DNA of 64,000 nt from Octopus sinensis (GCF_006345805.1 NC_043003.1:41106001-41170000), one strand, 5' to 3'. Positions 41,171 to 54,268 are shown, counted from the stretch's first letter. The notes: generated from the sequence alone by a model not told the origin. Program-made: numbers and translations.

Positions 41171-41348
41171 AAGTTGAAGACGGGAAGGATGACTTCCCTT
41201 TGCAATACTGACAGGACACAGAAAGTGTGTCTATGGCCAGCTGGAGGAGTGTGTCCTCCTGGGGCTAAAAACTACAGTAGCATCCACCCTTAGGGGTTAG
41301 CCATATTGAAATGGCAAAATACGTCACGTTGTGTTACCGCTACTGTAT
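41113..41348 (+). mobile_element. Short hammerhead-bearing element between (TA)n tracts (retrozyme or Penelope pLTR-like)
   Basis: High-complexity hairpin-rich insert starting at the end of a TA tract; non-coding. Classification is inference. Confidence 0.55.
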
Positions 41349-41463
41349 ATAACTCACATTGATATTTATCATTATATATATATATATATTATATATATAA
41401 TATATATATAATATAATAAATATAATATAATATAATATAATATAATATAATATATATATATAT

Positions 41464-41710
41464 AGCGGGGTCGCATGGCCTAATGGTTAGGATGTTACAT
41501 CACAATGATTAGATCGTGGACTTCCCAGACTTGGCGATGCGTTGTGTTCTAGGAAAAAGTTCTTCATTTCATGATTTTCTGTAATTACGTCGACATCTGG
41601 CGTGTGACACAGTGTTTACATGCTCTGACAGTATTGATCTTACAGACCAACTGAGCTATCAACAAATCTGACCAGGTAGTTTCGCAAGAAATTACTCACC
41701 ACACGCACCT
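41464..41710 (+). mobile_element. Degenerate tRNA-derived SINE (family D)
   Basis: GCGGGGTCGCATGGCCTAATGGTTAGG A-box head, then CCCAGACTTGGCGATGCGTTGTGTTCT and a CORE-like segment. Confidence 0.55.
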
Positions 41711-41718
41711 ATATATAT

Positions 41719-41766
<48 letters not shown>

Positions 41767-42439
41767 CGTATCTGTATATATAGACTTACTTTTCGTGATT
41801 CCTTTGGAAAGTCGACAAAACATATGAAATATTATGATATATAGCAGAGAAAAAGAATGATGGCATAGACGGTAAAAATCGGATTTTGAGACCACCAGTA
41901 AATAAATAATTAGATGAAATGAATAAATAAAATGAAAAGAAGAATGTCTATGCTATTTTTCTTGACATATCTCCGATACTGCTTTCAAACTGTGATTGTT
42001 GTTACTGAGAGTTCCATTATGTAACCAAGTGCTGCAGTAATTCTCAGGTATCCGGTCGCAGGAGTGCATTTCATAAAAGCATGTATTATTAAGAAGTATA
42101 GACATTGTAGAAATAAAAGTTTGTCGTGTAGTCTGCACATATCATATGTTGTGATATTTCGTCCGTAGAGTTTGACGATAACCTACCAAGCGCCAAACAA
42201 AGACAGATAGGGAGTAACTAAAAATAATCAACAGATGCCTAAACAAATGTTTGCTGGCGACTAGACCAACAAATGAAATAAAGATAAATGGTATTTAACA
42301 AAATATTTAAGAGCTTATTTATATTACTCAAATATGAACGCTGCCATTCATATAGATAAGCATATGCTTTCATAAAAATTGCATTCCAGATGGTTTTGAG
42401 AATTTTTTAAAAATGACAACTATTAATTTCAAAGAAGTG

Positions 42440-43260
42440 CAAAACACTAGTCTCCTTAAAGGTAAGATCCTCTGACTTCAATGCACTTGAATCGCTCCAG
42501 CCACTTCCTAATGTTCCGATGGATCCCCAAATAAGTGCTACAAAGTGTAGGTGGTCAGTACATCTTGATGTCATTTACCTTCCCAATGTTTTTAAAATGA
42601 CTACCTTTGAGGTTTTCCTTAAGCTTGGAGATGAACCAAAATTCACAGAATGCTAGGTTCTGACTGTAAGGAGGGCGAAGATGCTCACCTCTGTCAAGTA
42701 GGAAGGAATTTTTGATTGGTGTATTGTCCTGATGCAAATGCTACCAAAATCTGAACTTTTGAGACGAAATCACATCCTGACCCCTTCAAGACTTCCACAA
42801 TATACACTTTGATGTCTATCTGGCTGTCAAAATAGGGATTACCAAGAGCTTTCGGTAGAATTGCTTTGCCTGGCCCACTTCTGTCTAGGAGAGCCAGAAT
42901 ACTTACATTGAACACTCTATCTTCTGGTATCTGTATCATAAAAGCTTTCTTCACAGGTTACCAGAATCTCAAGTACTGTTGGATTGGAGTTAATAAGCTC
43001 AATATCATCAACACGTTTTTCATTCTGTTCATCATTGAGCATCCTGTTTACTTATTTTCTTTATAGACACACGGCAGCCTTTATAATGGAAATTGCAAAT
43101 TTTCTCAACAAGCTCGGATATTCTGATGTTCCACTTCCTCTCACACCTCTCATCGATCTTACCTCTACTCCTCATACATGAACCTTCTGTGCCAGCAGAT
43201 TAACTGATGCTCGGCTCAGGCAAATTAATCCATAAGGAGAATTTCATACGTTTCTGTAGC
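42440..43260 (-). mobile_element. Decayed mariner transposon with internal deletion
   Basis: RMLNDEQNEKRV, LINSNPTVLEILVTCEES, SGSPRQKWARQS, HQDN and PPYSQNLAFCEFWFISKLKENLKG. Confidence 0.85.
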
Positions 43261-44556
43261 GTTTTTGTCCTGTTTAACAAAACTTTATTGCTTCCAGTTC
43301 TCATCACGACCCGACTGCATTTTACAAAGTATTCATCTGTGACAAGCAATGTTGTGTAGGACGCGTTCAAAATGCTGTCACAGTTGCTTGCTTCAATATG
43401 GAATAGAAGTGTTGGTAGATCGGTTTATTAGATACAAAATAACGATATACAAAAATTCTTCAGGTATACACCTCCTCCCCGGCAAAAGACTAAAGATATA
43501 TTTTTAAAAAGTATTTCTTTACTTAATGTCTAGCTACATCTTACTATATTGTAGTTTTATGCATTTGTATCTTCATTTCACAATATTTTGCTAGAAACTT
43601 TTGTCTTTCATTGTCATTCCTCTCAATTATCTCCAGATCATTATATCCTACCCTATTTCGTTTTAAGTAAATAGAACATTAGCATAACACTTAATTTGCT
43701 GGAAACTGGCCGCTATATCAGGCTTCAAGACTGTAATACTGAATAGAACAAGATGGCAGATCCCATTGATTATGAATTTCAATTCTTTCAACTGCATAAG
43801 ATACGCAGCTAACAATGTCATTTCATTGATATATCTCGTAACATTTGGCGGCATTTTAGTCATAAACTAAATTCTAACAGAACCTTTCAGATTTAACAGC
43901 CATAACTGCCCAAAGACCTATAAGCTAACTTTTATGTTTAGAACGTTATTGTTGCATATGATGTATCTTATAGCCAGACTAATTCGATAAAATAACTATT
44001 TTATCGTTGGGATTTCGGATGAAACGACACAAATATTGCGCTGTAAATAAATTACGATTCAGAAATTTCTCCAATCTTATACGGTATTTTGATATCATAA
44101 ACTTATAACAAGATAGTTTCATTTTTCTAAATGTTCTCTCTATTATCACAAGATATCGGCTTCCGCCATATACGTTGCAAACAAACATGACCATATACAC
44201 TTGCGCACACACACACACACACAGGGATCCATGCACATACTAAAACACAACTGTACATACACAATCACAGATATATATTCATACTCATATGCAGGAACAT
44301 ATACACAGCTAAATATGCAGGTGTACATATATACCACTATATGGGTTTTTCTGTGCTTGCGAGTGTGTATGTTTGTGTGTGAGAATGTTATATAAATATG
44401 TTTGTATATCTATCTTTCTATCTATCTAGCTAGCTAGCTAGCTATATATCTATCTATCTATCTGCACACATATACGCATATACATTTGTATGTATGTATG
44501 TATGTATGTATGTATGTATGTATGTATGTATGCATGAATGTATGCATAATCATAGT

Positions 44557-44727
44557 CTTTGCTACTCTAGGCACAAGGCCTGAAATTTTGGAGAAGGTAC
44601 CAGTCGATTAGATCGACCCCAGTACACAACTGGTACTTAATTTATCGACCTTGAAAGGATGAAAGGCAAAGTGGACCTCGGTGGAATTTGTACTCAGAAC
44701 GTACAACCTTTCAGCTAGCTCGCCACC
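44557..44727 (-). mobile_element. SINE family A, monomeric
   Basis: Tail CTACTCTAGGCACAAGGCCTGAAATTTT, one core module, truncated head GGTGGCGAGCTAG. Confidence 0.85.
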
Positions 44728-45412
44728 TTATCAGGCTTACACATTGATGCTTACATTTATGAGAAGCATGTGTTCCTCCATTGTGAGTTTGAACTGGTCT
44801 TGTAAAGTTATTTCCTGCTTCTTTAGATAATGAGGGCAAATGAATTATTTTCACGTCCTGATGAGCGAAGCCGTGATTTTTAATACAGTGTATGATATGT
44901 TGAGGACTTGCGTTTACCAAGTTAATGTACATCGTAGAGGCTTCAACAATTTTAGTGGTATACCCTTTATGTTTAGCATTGTGAGGATTATGATAGCATA
45001 TTTTTTTAAAGTGCAGTAATTTTATCTCTGTGAAGTTGAAACATACAAGAGTACCATGACAGATTTGTCGAATGATTTTGAGGTTATCTGCTGGTATAAT
45101 TAGTAAGTATTTCGTATGAGGTTTTTCGGTTACATGACAATGACGCGTTGGTACGGAAGGTTAGGGGATGAAAGAATAGTAGTCAGTATTATCTACGTAA
45201 GCATTGGCGAGTCCCTCCCTGTAGGTCGTCTGTTATACTGACGTAATTATTTTGGTGTACCACCGTTGGATTGTCTCGACCTCAGCCATATAGAACAAAT
45301 AGTCTACGCAATTGACAACAAATGTTTTTCACAGGACCAACATGATATTTGTTTTCTTTAACTTGACAGACACCAGCATTCTGTTGTCATTTTAATTATA
45401 TGCATTCCGTAA

Positions 45413-45572
45413 GGCGGAGTGCTGGCCGAGAAAAATACTTTGCGGCATTTCGTCTGTCCTTTCGTTATGAGCTCAAATTCTGCCGAGGTCGACTTTCGGA
45501 GTCGATAAAAAATGACTTATCCCCATTCCCGAAATTGCTGGCCCCGTGCCAAAAATTTAAATCAATTATATG
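45413..45572 (+). mobile_element. SINE family A, deleted monomer
   Basis: GCGGCATTTCGTCTG...GAGCTCAAATTCTGCCGAGGTCGACTTT...CCCGAAATTGCTGGCCCCGTGCC. Confidence 0.75.
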
Positions 45573-45878
45573 TATTCTATGCTCACGAAATGAAGTATCA
45601 TCACTCTGGAGGTTTTGCATGTTACGCACCGCGTGAAACTCTGATTCCAATTAACTCTACTTTTAGTTGGAATCTGTTTGTCGAATGATAGTGGAGGGTT
45701 CACGTTATTTTCTTCTTGATCAAGGCAACACATCTATTGTCTTCAGATCTATTTTTAATGTTTGCGCTCCCATCAGGCCACGTGACTACATGTGAAATAT
45801 TTGTATCGTCACAGCGTGGCTGACAATATGATTAAGGCCATGTCTCAGAGAGCTAACTAGTCAGTTGAGGTGAGACAG

Positions 45879-46459
45879 TGTCACGTGACAACTTGCTGGG
45901 ACTGCCTGCTGGAGTTTAGCGGCAGGTATTTAAAGGGAAAAAATTTGATAAGTCAGTCAGTCACCGGCTCACACTTGCTGACGATACATCGAAGAGGCCA
46001 GGGAACAGAAGAAAGAAACCACCTCCCAAGGGGGGGGGGCGTCAAAACGGTAGAGGATTAGGGGCTGTAACCGGACGTGGTTGTTCCTGATGATGTCTTG
46101 AGCTAACTGGATCCTATAAAGGAGCTGTTGTGGTAGCAGACCACGAAACACGGTTGTAATTCCCCTAGTTACTCCATACAGCTTCAGGATGACTCGGTTC
46201 TTTCCTTGGAGAGCATTCTGTCAGCTTCAACTATCCGACTCATGCCTTTTAAAATGTTATACAGTTACGCTGTTCTATTTTTTTCCAACAACACCATGGT
46301 CATGTGCTTTGTGACATCAATTCGTAATCGAAGGCCTTTCCAAAGCCGAAACATATAACTAAATTTAAATGATCGAGGTGGAGTTACAGTACGCAGTTGT
46401 AATGTTAGAGTAAGAGCATTAGGCAGCCCCTTCTTGAACGAAAGCCCTATTGCGTGACA
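45879..46459. mobile_element. Candidate solo LTR
   Basis: 581 bp bounded by TGTCACG...CGTGACA; internal TATAAA at 46115; more GC-rich than the flanks; no clean 4-6 bp TSD. Confidence 0.35.
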
Positions 46460-46818
46460 GTGAGCATGTCACGTGCCACTAGGAACGTGATTATACAAGT
46501 ATATATATGTATATGTGTGTGTGTATGTATATGTATATGTATGTATGTATATAATACTTAATGGCATGGCAATCTTTATATCCTATTAAACGTGGATGTA
46601 TTGTTCGAACGCCGTATAACTGTGTTGTTTCATCTTGAGAAATCCTTTCATATAGATATTTGATGCTAAGAAGCATACCATTATTAATGGCAGACGAGAA
46701 TTGTCTGTCACCGGTTGTGGGATTGATAGATCATGCGATTTCAGCGTGTTTGTGTATCATCATCAACAAGAATCCTATTACTGTAGTATGTCTGCCAAAT
46801 CTCGCTGCCAGCGATATA

Positions 46819-47030
46819 CAGGGTGGCCCAAAAGTAGGTTTACAGTTATTCAACTATCCCTTTCGCTTTCACATAATAACAGCTTAGATTTTAATTACAA
46901 AAACAAATGAAATTATTATTCTGTGCTAATTTAGTTAATTGTAAGAAAGAAATTTAAACGTAACAAAATGTTTAAATAAAAATTTAAAGTGCCCACGTGA
47001 TAACTGTAAACCTACTTCTGGGTCACCCTG
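46819..47030. mobile_element. 212-bp MITE, Tc1/mariner type
   Basis: 30-bp TIRs CAGGGTGGCCCAAAAGTAGGTTTACAGTTA / TAACTGTAAACCTACTTCTGGGTCACCCTG (2 mismatches); TA on the left. Confidence 0.88.
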
Positions 47031-48270
47031 GATACAAAACTATAGAATATTCAGTCTTTGGGGTTCAAAATAACCATCCGAATATATAAAACCTGAATAT
47101 TAGCGACGGAGACTGTACTGATACCGAATAGAAATCATTATATAGTCCATCATGCTGCTGTACTATTAGAACAGCGTATTATTGCGTCTGTATAAAATAC
47201 TTTCATACAGACGTTTGATACCAAGAATCACGGAAATATCGGTGGCAGATGAGTATCGTCTACCATCGGTGGTGCAACTGTTAGATCACATGATAGAAGA
47301 TGGTAGTTGCCCACGTGATGGTTATTTTAGGTGAACGTGGTAGCAATAGTATGGAAGGATATTGTTCCAAGGCAAAAATCTTTTGATGATGATGATGATG
47401 GTGATGGTGTTGCTGGAGATGAGAACGATAAAGAGAAGAGCGATAAAGTATGTGAAGGTGGTAGGTATGGAGGTGAGAGAAAAAGACTATTGCATTTCCT
47501 TTCAGCTGCAATTTGGCTCCTTCTAAGCAGCCCTCTCAACTTTTGACTCTCCTAAATTATTCTAAGACAATTCATCCATGGCCCTCCCCTTTTAAGACAT
47601 TAAGGTGTAGTTTGATTGAATTTGGCTTTTATATATAATTATAACCGATATATTAACAACATTGACTCTTTCTTGTTGACTTACGCATGCTCGGGTAAAT
47701 GTTTTAATGTCGGCTAACAGTTCTATATTGAGTATATTAGTATACAAATCTTAAGTTAACTACTATTTATTGTTAAATCGGATTTGCTTGTTTATTACTA
47801 CCGGTACTAAATTGACTAGTAACTAAAAGCAAACATAGCTAGATATTAAATTATTTGGTTAAATATCGTCATATTTTAAAATCGATATTTCATTCTACAA
47901 TATATATGTCTTCATTGTATTACTAGTAGACTGCAATATATTATATGACATTATAAATTATTCCATTGAAATTTACATTATCTTATGCTGGCCAGCTATT
48001 CCTTATGTTAATAGTGACTATTATTATTCAAGCAATGGAATAACTGAAAATGTAGAAGAACAAACTTCTTGTAGAAATGTCTGTCATTTCGCTTAAGTCT
48101 GTTTTGTAATATTATAGTAGATACATCTGAAATTGAATCATCTTATTTCCTTGAGGACTTTACCACACATTGCATTTAGAAATATTATCGTTATATTTGC
48201 GGAATATTTACTTCGAATGTAATATATAATATCATAATCGAATGTAGAATAGTTTCCTGTAGCAATTTAG

Positions 48271-48515
48271 ATTCTTTCTTTTCTTCTTTTTTTATCTGTT
48301 TCAGTTATCTGAGTGTGGCCATGCAGGGGCACCACCTTGAGGAATTTTTAGTTAAATGAATTGACCCCAGTACTTTCCTTTAAGCATGGTACTTATTCTA
48401 TCGCTCTTTTGCCGAGCCGTTAAGTTACGAGAAAGTAAACAAACAAACGATGAAAGACAGAAAAGACACAAACAGACAGACAGACAGACACACACACACA
48501 CACACACACACACAC

Positions 48516-48554
<39 letters not shown>

Positions 48555-48560
48555 CTATAT

Positions 48561-48604
<44 letters not shown>

Positions 48605-48741
48605 AGGCTTTCTTTAATTTCCGCATATACCACAAATCTTGGTCGGCCGAGGCGATAGTAGATAACACAAGGTTCCACACAATGGTACTAAACCCAGAAT
48701 AGGTCGTTGAGAATCAGCTTCTTATTACACAGCCACGACCT
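48271..48741 (-). mobile_element. SINE family B, full length with internal microsatellite
   Basis: 3' half 48271-48480, internal (CA)n/(TA)n, 5' half 48600-48741; links the half copies seen elsewhere into one family. Confidence 0.8.
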
Positions 48742-49926
48742 AGACATGAGTTGCTTTAAAATTTTACATTTCCGTTGCTCGTGATAGATTTTTACTGCTC
48801 AGACAAAACTTTAACCTTTTTTCTACAGCTCTCATTTTGCTTTGCTAATGACCTCTTTGCATAAAGGTAGAATTTATTAGCAACTGTTTCGATGAAAATC
48901 TATAGACTATATATATATATATATAAAACAGTCCTTGGACGAAAATTGTATGCACATTTTGCTTTGGCAGTTAATGGCGGCCAAACCGAGGTTAGGATCG
49001 AGCAGAAAATTGGCAGGGATACTAAATGCGTGGTGAGGATGAGACCTGCGATGATTAAAATTCGCAAGCTATAAAGATGTGGTTGCTATGGCAAAAAGAG
49101 TGTATTTTCTTTCGATTCTTGGGCCCCAGAGACCCTCTAGATTTGTGCGATTGGCTTTTAATGCCCTGCGGCATGCACTGCAGGCTGTTGTGCTTAATAA
49201 ACATACATTTTGTCGCGTAATTCCGGCTACTAGGAAACGATTTTTCATTGTGAAAAAGCCGAGTGCTTTTTGCCCTCATTTCCTTTTTAATCTTTTTATA
49301 AAAGTGAAAGGATTTCGTCTATTTATTTCTGCAGTCCACTTACGATGGTGATTCAGTTGACCAGGAAAACTATACTTGATGAATATCCAATACCAAACTA
49401 TCCTAATCTACATATTGAAACTACATTGAACTTTGGCAACCTTACCTTTACCTATTCTGAGTTACTTGAAAGGTGGTGTTCCCTTCCCTCTCTTCTGATT
49501 GTTCATACAGTTTTTTTTTTACCTTTGATACCGTCATTTCACTTTAAGGATTCTTCTTTACCCAGCCATTATGATATTTCGACTGCTGTCCATTGTTTCA
49601 AATAGGTTTTAGCATTGTCATTCTAGCCTTTATTAAACACTCACTTATGATTCGTCCCAAAGAATCAACCTTTAAATAAGAGTTTTGCCTCCACTAGCGA
49701 AAACTATACGTATCTTGCAGGAAGTTCGATACCAATTTAACTTTATGCAGCATTCGCTGTTAGTTTATGTGTACGCTATGTGGCAGTATAGAATAAAGGG
49801 GCTTTTGTTAGCTTTTCTCTCCGAAAGAAATAGCTCCCTTTGCTGTTGAAAAAAATAAACTCGCAGAGGGGAAGTTTCAACATCTTCCTGATTTTAATTG
49901 ATCAATTTCTACCCTTATTTAATTAT

Positions 49927-49995
<69 letters not shown>

Positions 49996-49997
<2 letters not shown>

Positions 49998-50100
49998 TAG
50001 AGGGAAACCACTATGTGGACACACTTATGCTAGAAATAGATCTGCTATAAAATAGATCTATTGCTAGCATAAGGGTGTCCACTAGTGGTTTCACTCTAAT
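49996..50100. repeat. 105-bp fold-back palindrome
   Basis: ATTAGAGGGAAACCACTATGTGGACACACTTATGCTAGAAATAGATCT versus reverse complement of the right arm ATTAGAGTGAAACCACTAGTGGACACCCTTATGCTAGCAATAGATCT; 10-nt spacer. Confidence 0.9.
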
Positions 50101-50193
50101 ATGGAAATAATACACTTTTACTGAACCTTCAGTATTTTTATATGTGAAATCGATGTTAATTAATTGATATCTAATTTCTCACCCTCATTTTAA

Positions 50194-50226
<33 letters not shown>

Positions 50227-50260
50227 ATTATATATATATATATTATATATATATATCGTT

Positions 50261-50638
50261 CACTCCTTTGGTTACGATGAGTAGGGTGTTCCAGTTAATC
50301 CGATCAACGGAACAGCCTGCTCGTGAAATTAATGTGCAAGAGGTTGAGCACTCCACTTACACGCGTACCCTTAACGTGGTTCTCCGGGAGATTCAGCATG
50401 ACACAGAGTGTGAAAAGGCTGGCCCTTTGAAATACAGGTACAACTGAAACAGGAATAAAGAGTGAGAGAAAGTTGTGGTGAAAAGATACAGAAGGGTTCA
50501 CCACCAGCCTCTACCGGAGCCTCATGGAGCTTTAGATGTCTTTGCTTAATAAACACTCACAATGCCTGGTCTGGGAATCGAAACCGCGATCCCACGGCTC
50601 CGAATCCGTTGCCCTAACCACTGGGCCATTGCGCTTCC
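50261..50638 (-). mobile_element. SINE family C, full length
   Basis: Colinear with 5881-6256; A-box TGGCCCAGTGG. Confidence 0.9.
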
Positions 50639-50686
50639 ACACACACACACACACAATATATATATATATATATACACACATATATA

Positions 50687-50740
<54 letters not shown>

Positions 50741-51582
50741 TATATATTACCTGAATAAACTTACTACTAACTCGAGTCTTCACAATTATATTAAAAAGTA
50801 AAAATATTCAATATTTTATCAATATATTATTTAAAGGTCTATCAAAAATGGTAAAGAGGCGGTATTACTGTATTCTGAAATTCTACTTAAACATGAATAT
50901 TAAATTAGACTTAAAAGTCAACTAGCAATTCAAAAACAACTAAAAATATGAGACAAATGGCAATAATTTTAGCCTTTTTTATAACTTATGTAACTAAAGT
51001 CATTCACAGTCTAGCTATGTATTTTCTATCTCTATACGCATCTTTCCTGCCATTATCTATCCTTCTAATATATTTACGAGTAAATTTGTTTCAAACGAGG
51101 GCATTTAAGCCGTAGGACACCGTGCACAATTATGCTTCAGTAAAACACATACATAGATTACTTTTTGTACAACCACCTTCGTGTAGTTAGATGACATACG
51201 ACGTAATATATTTTCGTGTAATTAACGCAAATTATAAATAACTTCCGTTTAAATTGTACTATATATGCATGATCCTATCACTTAGATTTATTTATCTTGA
51301 ATTTTCAGATTTGCAAGAAATCATTCTATAATCTCTTACTTATCTGCTATAATATTATTTATGACCTCTCAGAGAACATGCATTTACGTGTAGGTATAAT
51401 TAAACAAACAATTTTAACTCTAGTCAGCTTATATTTCAAATTACAGTGACATCTCACGTGACTTCTTTTTGTATTACCTGTATCTGTATTTGTATCCTCA
51501 AACCAACTAATATATATATATACCGATCGTCTGTAAATAAAACGTAAATCCGAAAGAAGTACACTCTAGATGTTGAGCAGTG

Positions 51583-51791
51583 TATATTGAAAATTGGGAA
51601 GGCTGGTCTATGGGATTACCTTAGGTCTCCCGTCCACAAACGATTTAGCTTTATGGCATATCGTGAGATCCCAAAAGTTGTTGACCCTAGAGGTCTTGGC
51701 CCAACAGGTTTTTGGATCTGGCGATACGCCATAAAACTAAACCCTTCATTGACGGGAAATATAAGATAATACCATAAATCGGCCTTCCCTA

Positions 51792-51802
<11 letters not shown>
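51583..51802. repeat. ~220-bp diverged fold-back
   Basis: Arms of ~100 bp; the ORF track gives near-identical peptides on both strands (KIGKA.LW.YL...FSFMAYR.I.K.V). Confidence 0.88.
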
Positions 51803-51836
<34 letters not shown>

Positions 51837-51949
51837 ATCTGTGTGAGTGTGTATGTGAATATGTGTGGAAATGCTTTACTGTTTAGACTGTTGCACACAT
51901 GTTCGTAAGATAGGGGTTTCAATCCGTGTTGCCCCTACACACTTATCTA

Positions 51950-52560
51950 GTTAACAGTCCAACAAAATTTGGAGGATGCAGTACCAGGCAGTGTCTTGAA
52001 GGCGCATTTAACTGGTATGAACATAAACCAGAAGACGTCACCGAAAATAATGAATATGATCTTGTGGGAATTTTACACTCAGTGTAATTCAGTGACTTAT
52101 GCTCGGAAACCAGATATTACTGTAATTGCCAAAATGATGAAGGAAACTAAAATTATAGACATTGCCATATCTGGAGATGTGCAAGTGGATGACAAATAAT
52201 TAGTAAAGGTTGAGAAGTACAAACCACTAAAAGATGAGAATGCATACATGTGTGCAATGAAGAAAGTAACTGTCAGCTCAGTAGCTGCTGGAGCTCTGAA
52301 AGTATTAACAACCAGATTTGAGAAATTTGTTGGAGAAATTGGTATTGACAAGAGGGTAGAAAATGCTCAGAAAACTGTTCTGTTGGGGACAGCGACGATT
52401 TTGAGATAGGTACTTGGATGTTACGTATTATGTATAAAAACGACGATATCATAGAAAACAGGTTGTTGTCCGCTCTTATAGAATTAGCCGGAACAAGTGA
52501 AATGAAGAACTCCGATAAGGAAATGGAAATAATAATAGTAACAACAACAACAATAATAAT
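51950..52560 (+). mobile_element. R4/Dong-like non-LTR element, 3' fragment (RLE domain) with TAA tail
   Basis: WYEHKPEDVTEN, frameshift, ILWEF...RKPDITVI...IIDIAISGD...KVEKY...AQKTVLLGTATILR; TAA/CAA tract 52528-52560. Confidence 0.82.
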
Positions 52561-53890
52561 AAGCTGAATTTTTAAGATGTTATTCAAGCAATAAATGCAA
52601 GAACAGTAACGGTAATCAAATATGAAGTTGGAATTGTAGATTGAACAAAAAACGACACAGAAACTTGACAGAAAACTTAGAAGTTTGTGGGTAATATATT
52701 GAATACATCACTCGAAATCTGATATTAACCGATTCTACTTGAAGAGAGACCTGGGTGGAAGAGGTTTATTTTCTGTAGAAGATTGAGTACAGGTGAGAAA
52801 AAAACTCCTAGAATATTTACAGAACAGCACGGAGAAATTACTAAAGACAGTGAAAACACAATAGGTAAACAAGTGTGGAATAGGAAAAAAGGATAAAGAT
52901 GAAGTTTATAGAAAACATGTTACACAAATTGAAGAGAAACCGTTGCATGATCAGCTTTGAAAAGCCATCCGAGGATATGTGTGTACCAAGAACCTGGGCT
53001 TGCTTGAAGAAAGTGCAACTGAAAAAAGAAACAGACAGACATGCTATAGCAGCTCTCAAGATGAAGCATTAAAAACAACCAAATTGAGAAAATATGCGTT
53101 TGGTGAGAAAGTGTCAGCAAAGTGTAGAGTGTGTAGATTTGGGGATGAAATGATGACACGCATTATTGCTAAATGCTTTACGTTGGCTCAGGGACAATAT
53201 AACAAATAGAGACATTACCATCTTGTTGAACTTTTGCACTGGAAACTTTGTTAGAAAGCTGGAAGTACTTGGTGTGATCATTGGGCTCAAAGAGTGCTGC
53301 TTGAGTTAGAGAAATGCAAAATTTTATGAGATTTTCATATTCAAATGCATAAGAAGCCAGAAAAATAAAATAGACATAACAATAACAGACAAGGAAAATT
53401 GCAGTTGTTGATAATTTGATCCATCGTATCGGTTTGATTTCAGGATTATAAAGAAAGAGGGTGTAAAATTAAGAAATACAATCTCATAAAATTTGAACTA
53501 GCGAGAAATTCGAATATGAAATCTGTAAAGGTTGGGCCTGTGATAATTGCTGTATTAGTAAGTGTGAGAAATAATATAGACAAATGGTTAAAGGAGATTG
53601 GAATACAATGTCCAGTGATGCTTCTACAGAAAGTTTGCTTCTTAAGGACAGGAAAGATTAGCAGAAGTGTTTTCAGCGCTTGAAAGATTATTGAAACCTG
53701 ATGGATATCCAAATTTACAGGAAGTTACCGGCTACACACATATACTCTACCAGGGTTAAGAACAAAGCTGAGTCAAATCGAATAACATTAATAATAATAA
53801 TAATAACAATAATAATAATAAAAATAATAATAATAATAAAAATAATAATAAAAATAGTAATAATAATAGTATTAACAACAACAACAATAT
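52561..53890 (+). mobile_element. R4/Dong-like non-LTR element, decayed RT C-terminus, zinc knuckle, RLE and (TAA)n tail
   Basis: VIQAINAR, LGGRGLFSVED, EKPLH, QDEALKT, CRVC...IIAKC, LLHWKLC and LQKVCFLRTGKI; (TAA)n 53788-53888. Confidence 0.85.
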
Positions 53891-54230
53891 TATACAGGTA
53901 ATTATTCTTACTCTTGCTTGCAAATCTTACTTGTAAGATTTTCCCAGAAGAATCGAAAGTTAAAAATTTAAATTCGATCGTTTCTAAACAAACAACATAT
54001 CTATACTACATTTGCAAAAATATTCATTTATTCATAAGTCTTGTTAACTTTCTCTGGATCACCATAGTACTTCAGTTACTTTATAATGATCAATAATAAC
54101 CAGCTGTTCTATTTGATTTTAACTATATAGATGCGTATAATATATATATATATAATATATATAATTTAATATATATACACAAATATCTCTTATAATAATA
54201 TATAATATATCTATATATATATATATATAT

Positions 54231-54266
<36 letters not shown>

Positions 54267-54268
<2 letters not shown>

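Noticed and set aside
44760-45300. Possible ancient CR1 RT on the minus strand (PADNLKII ~ YADD)
   Set aside because: One weak motif only; not supportable without an HMM search.
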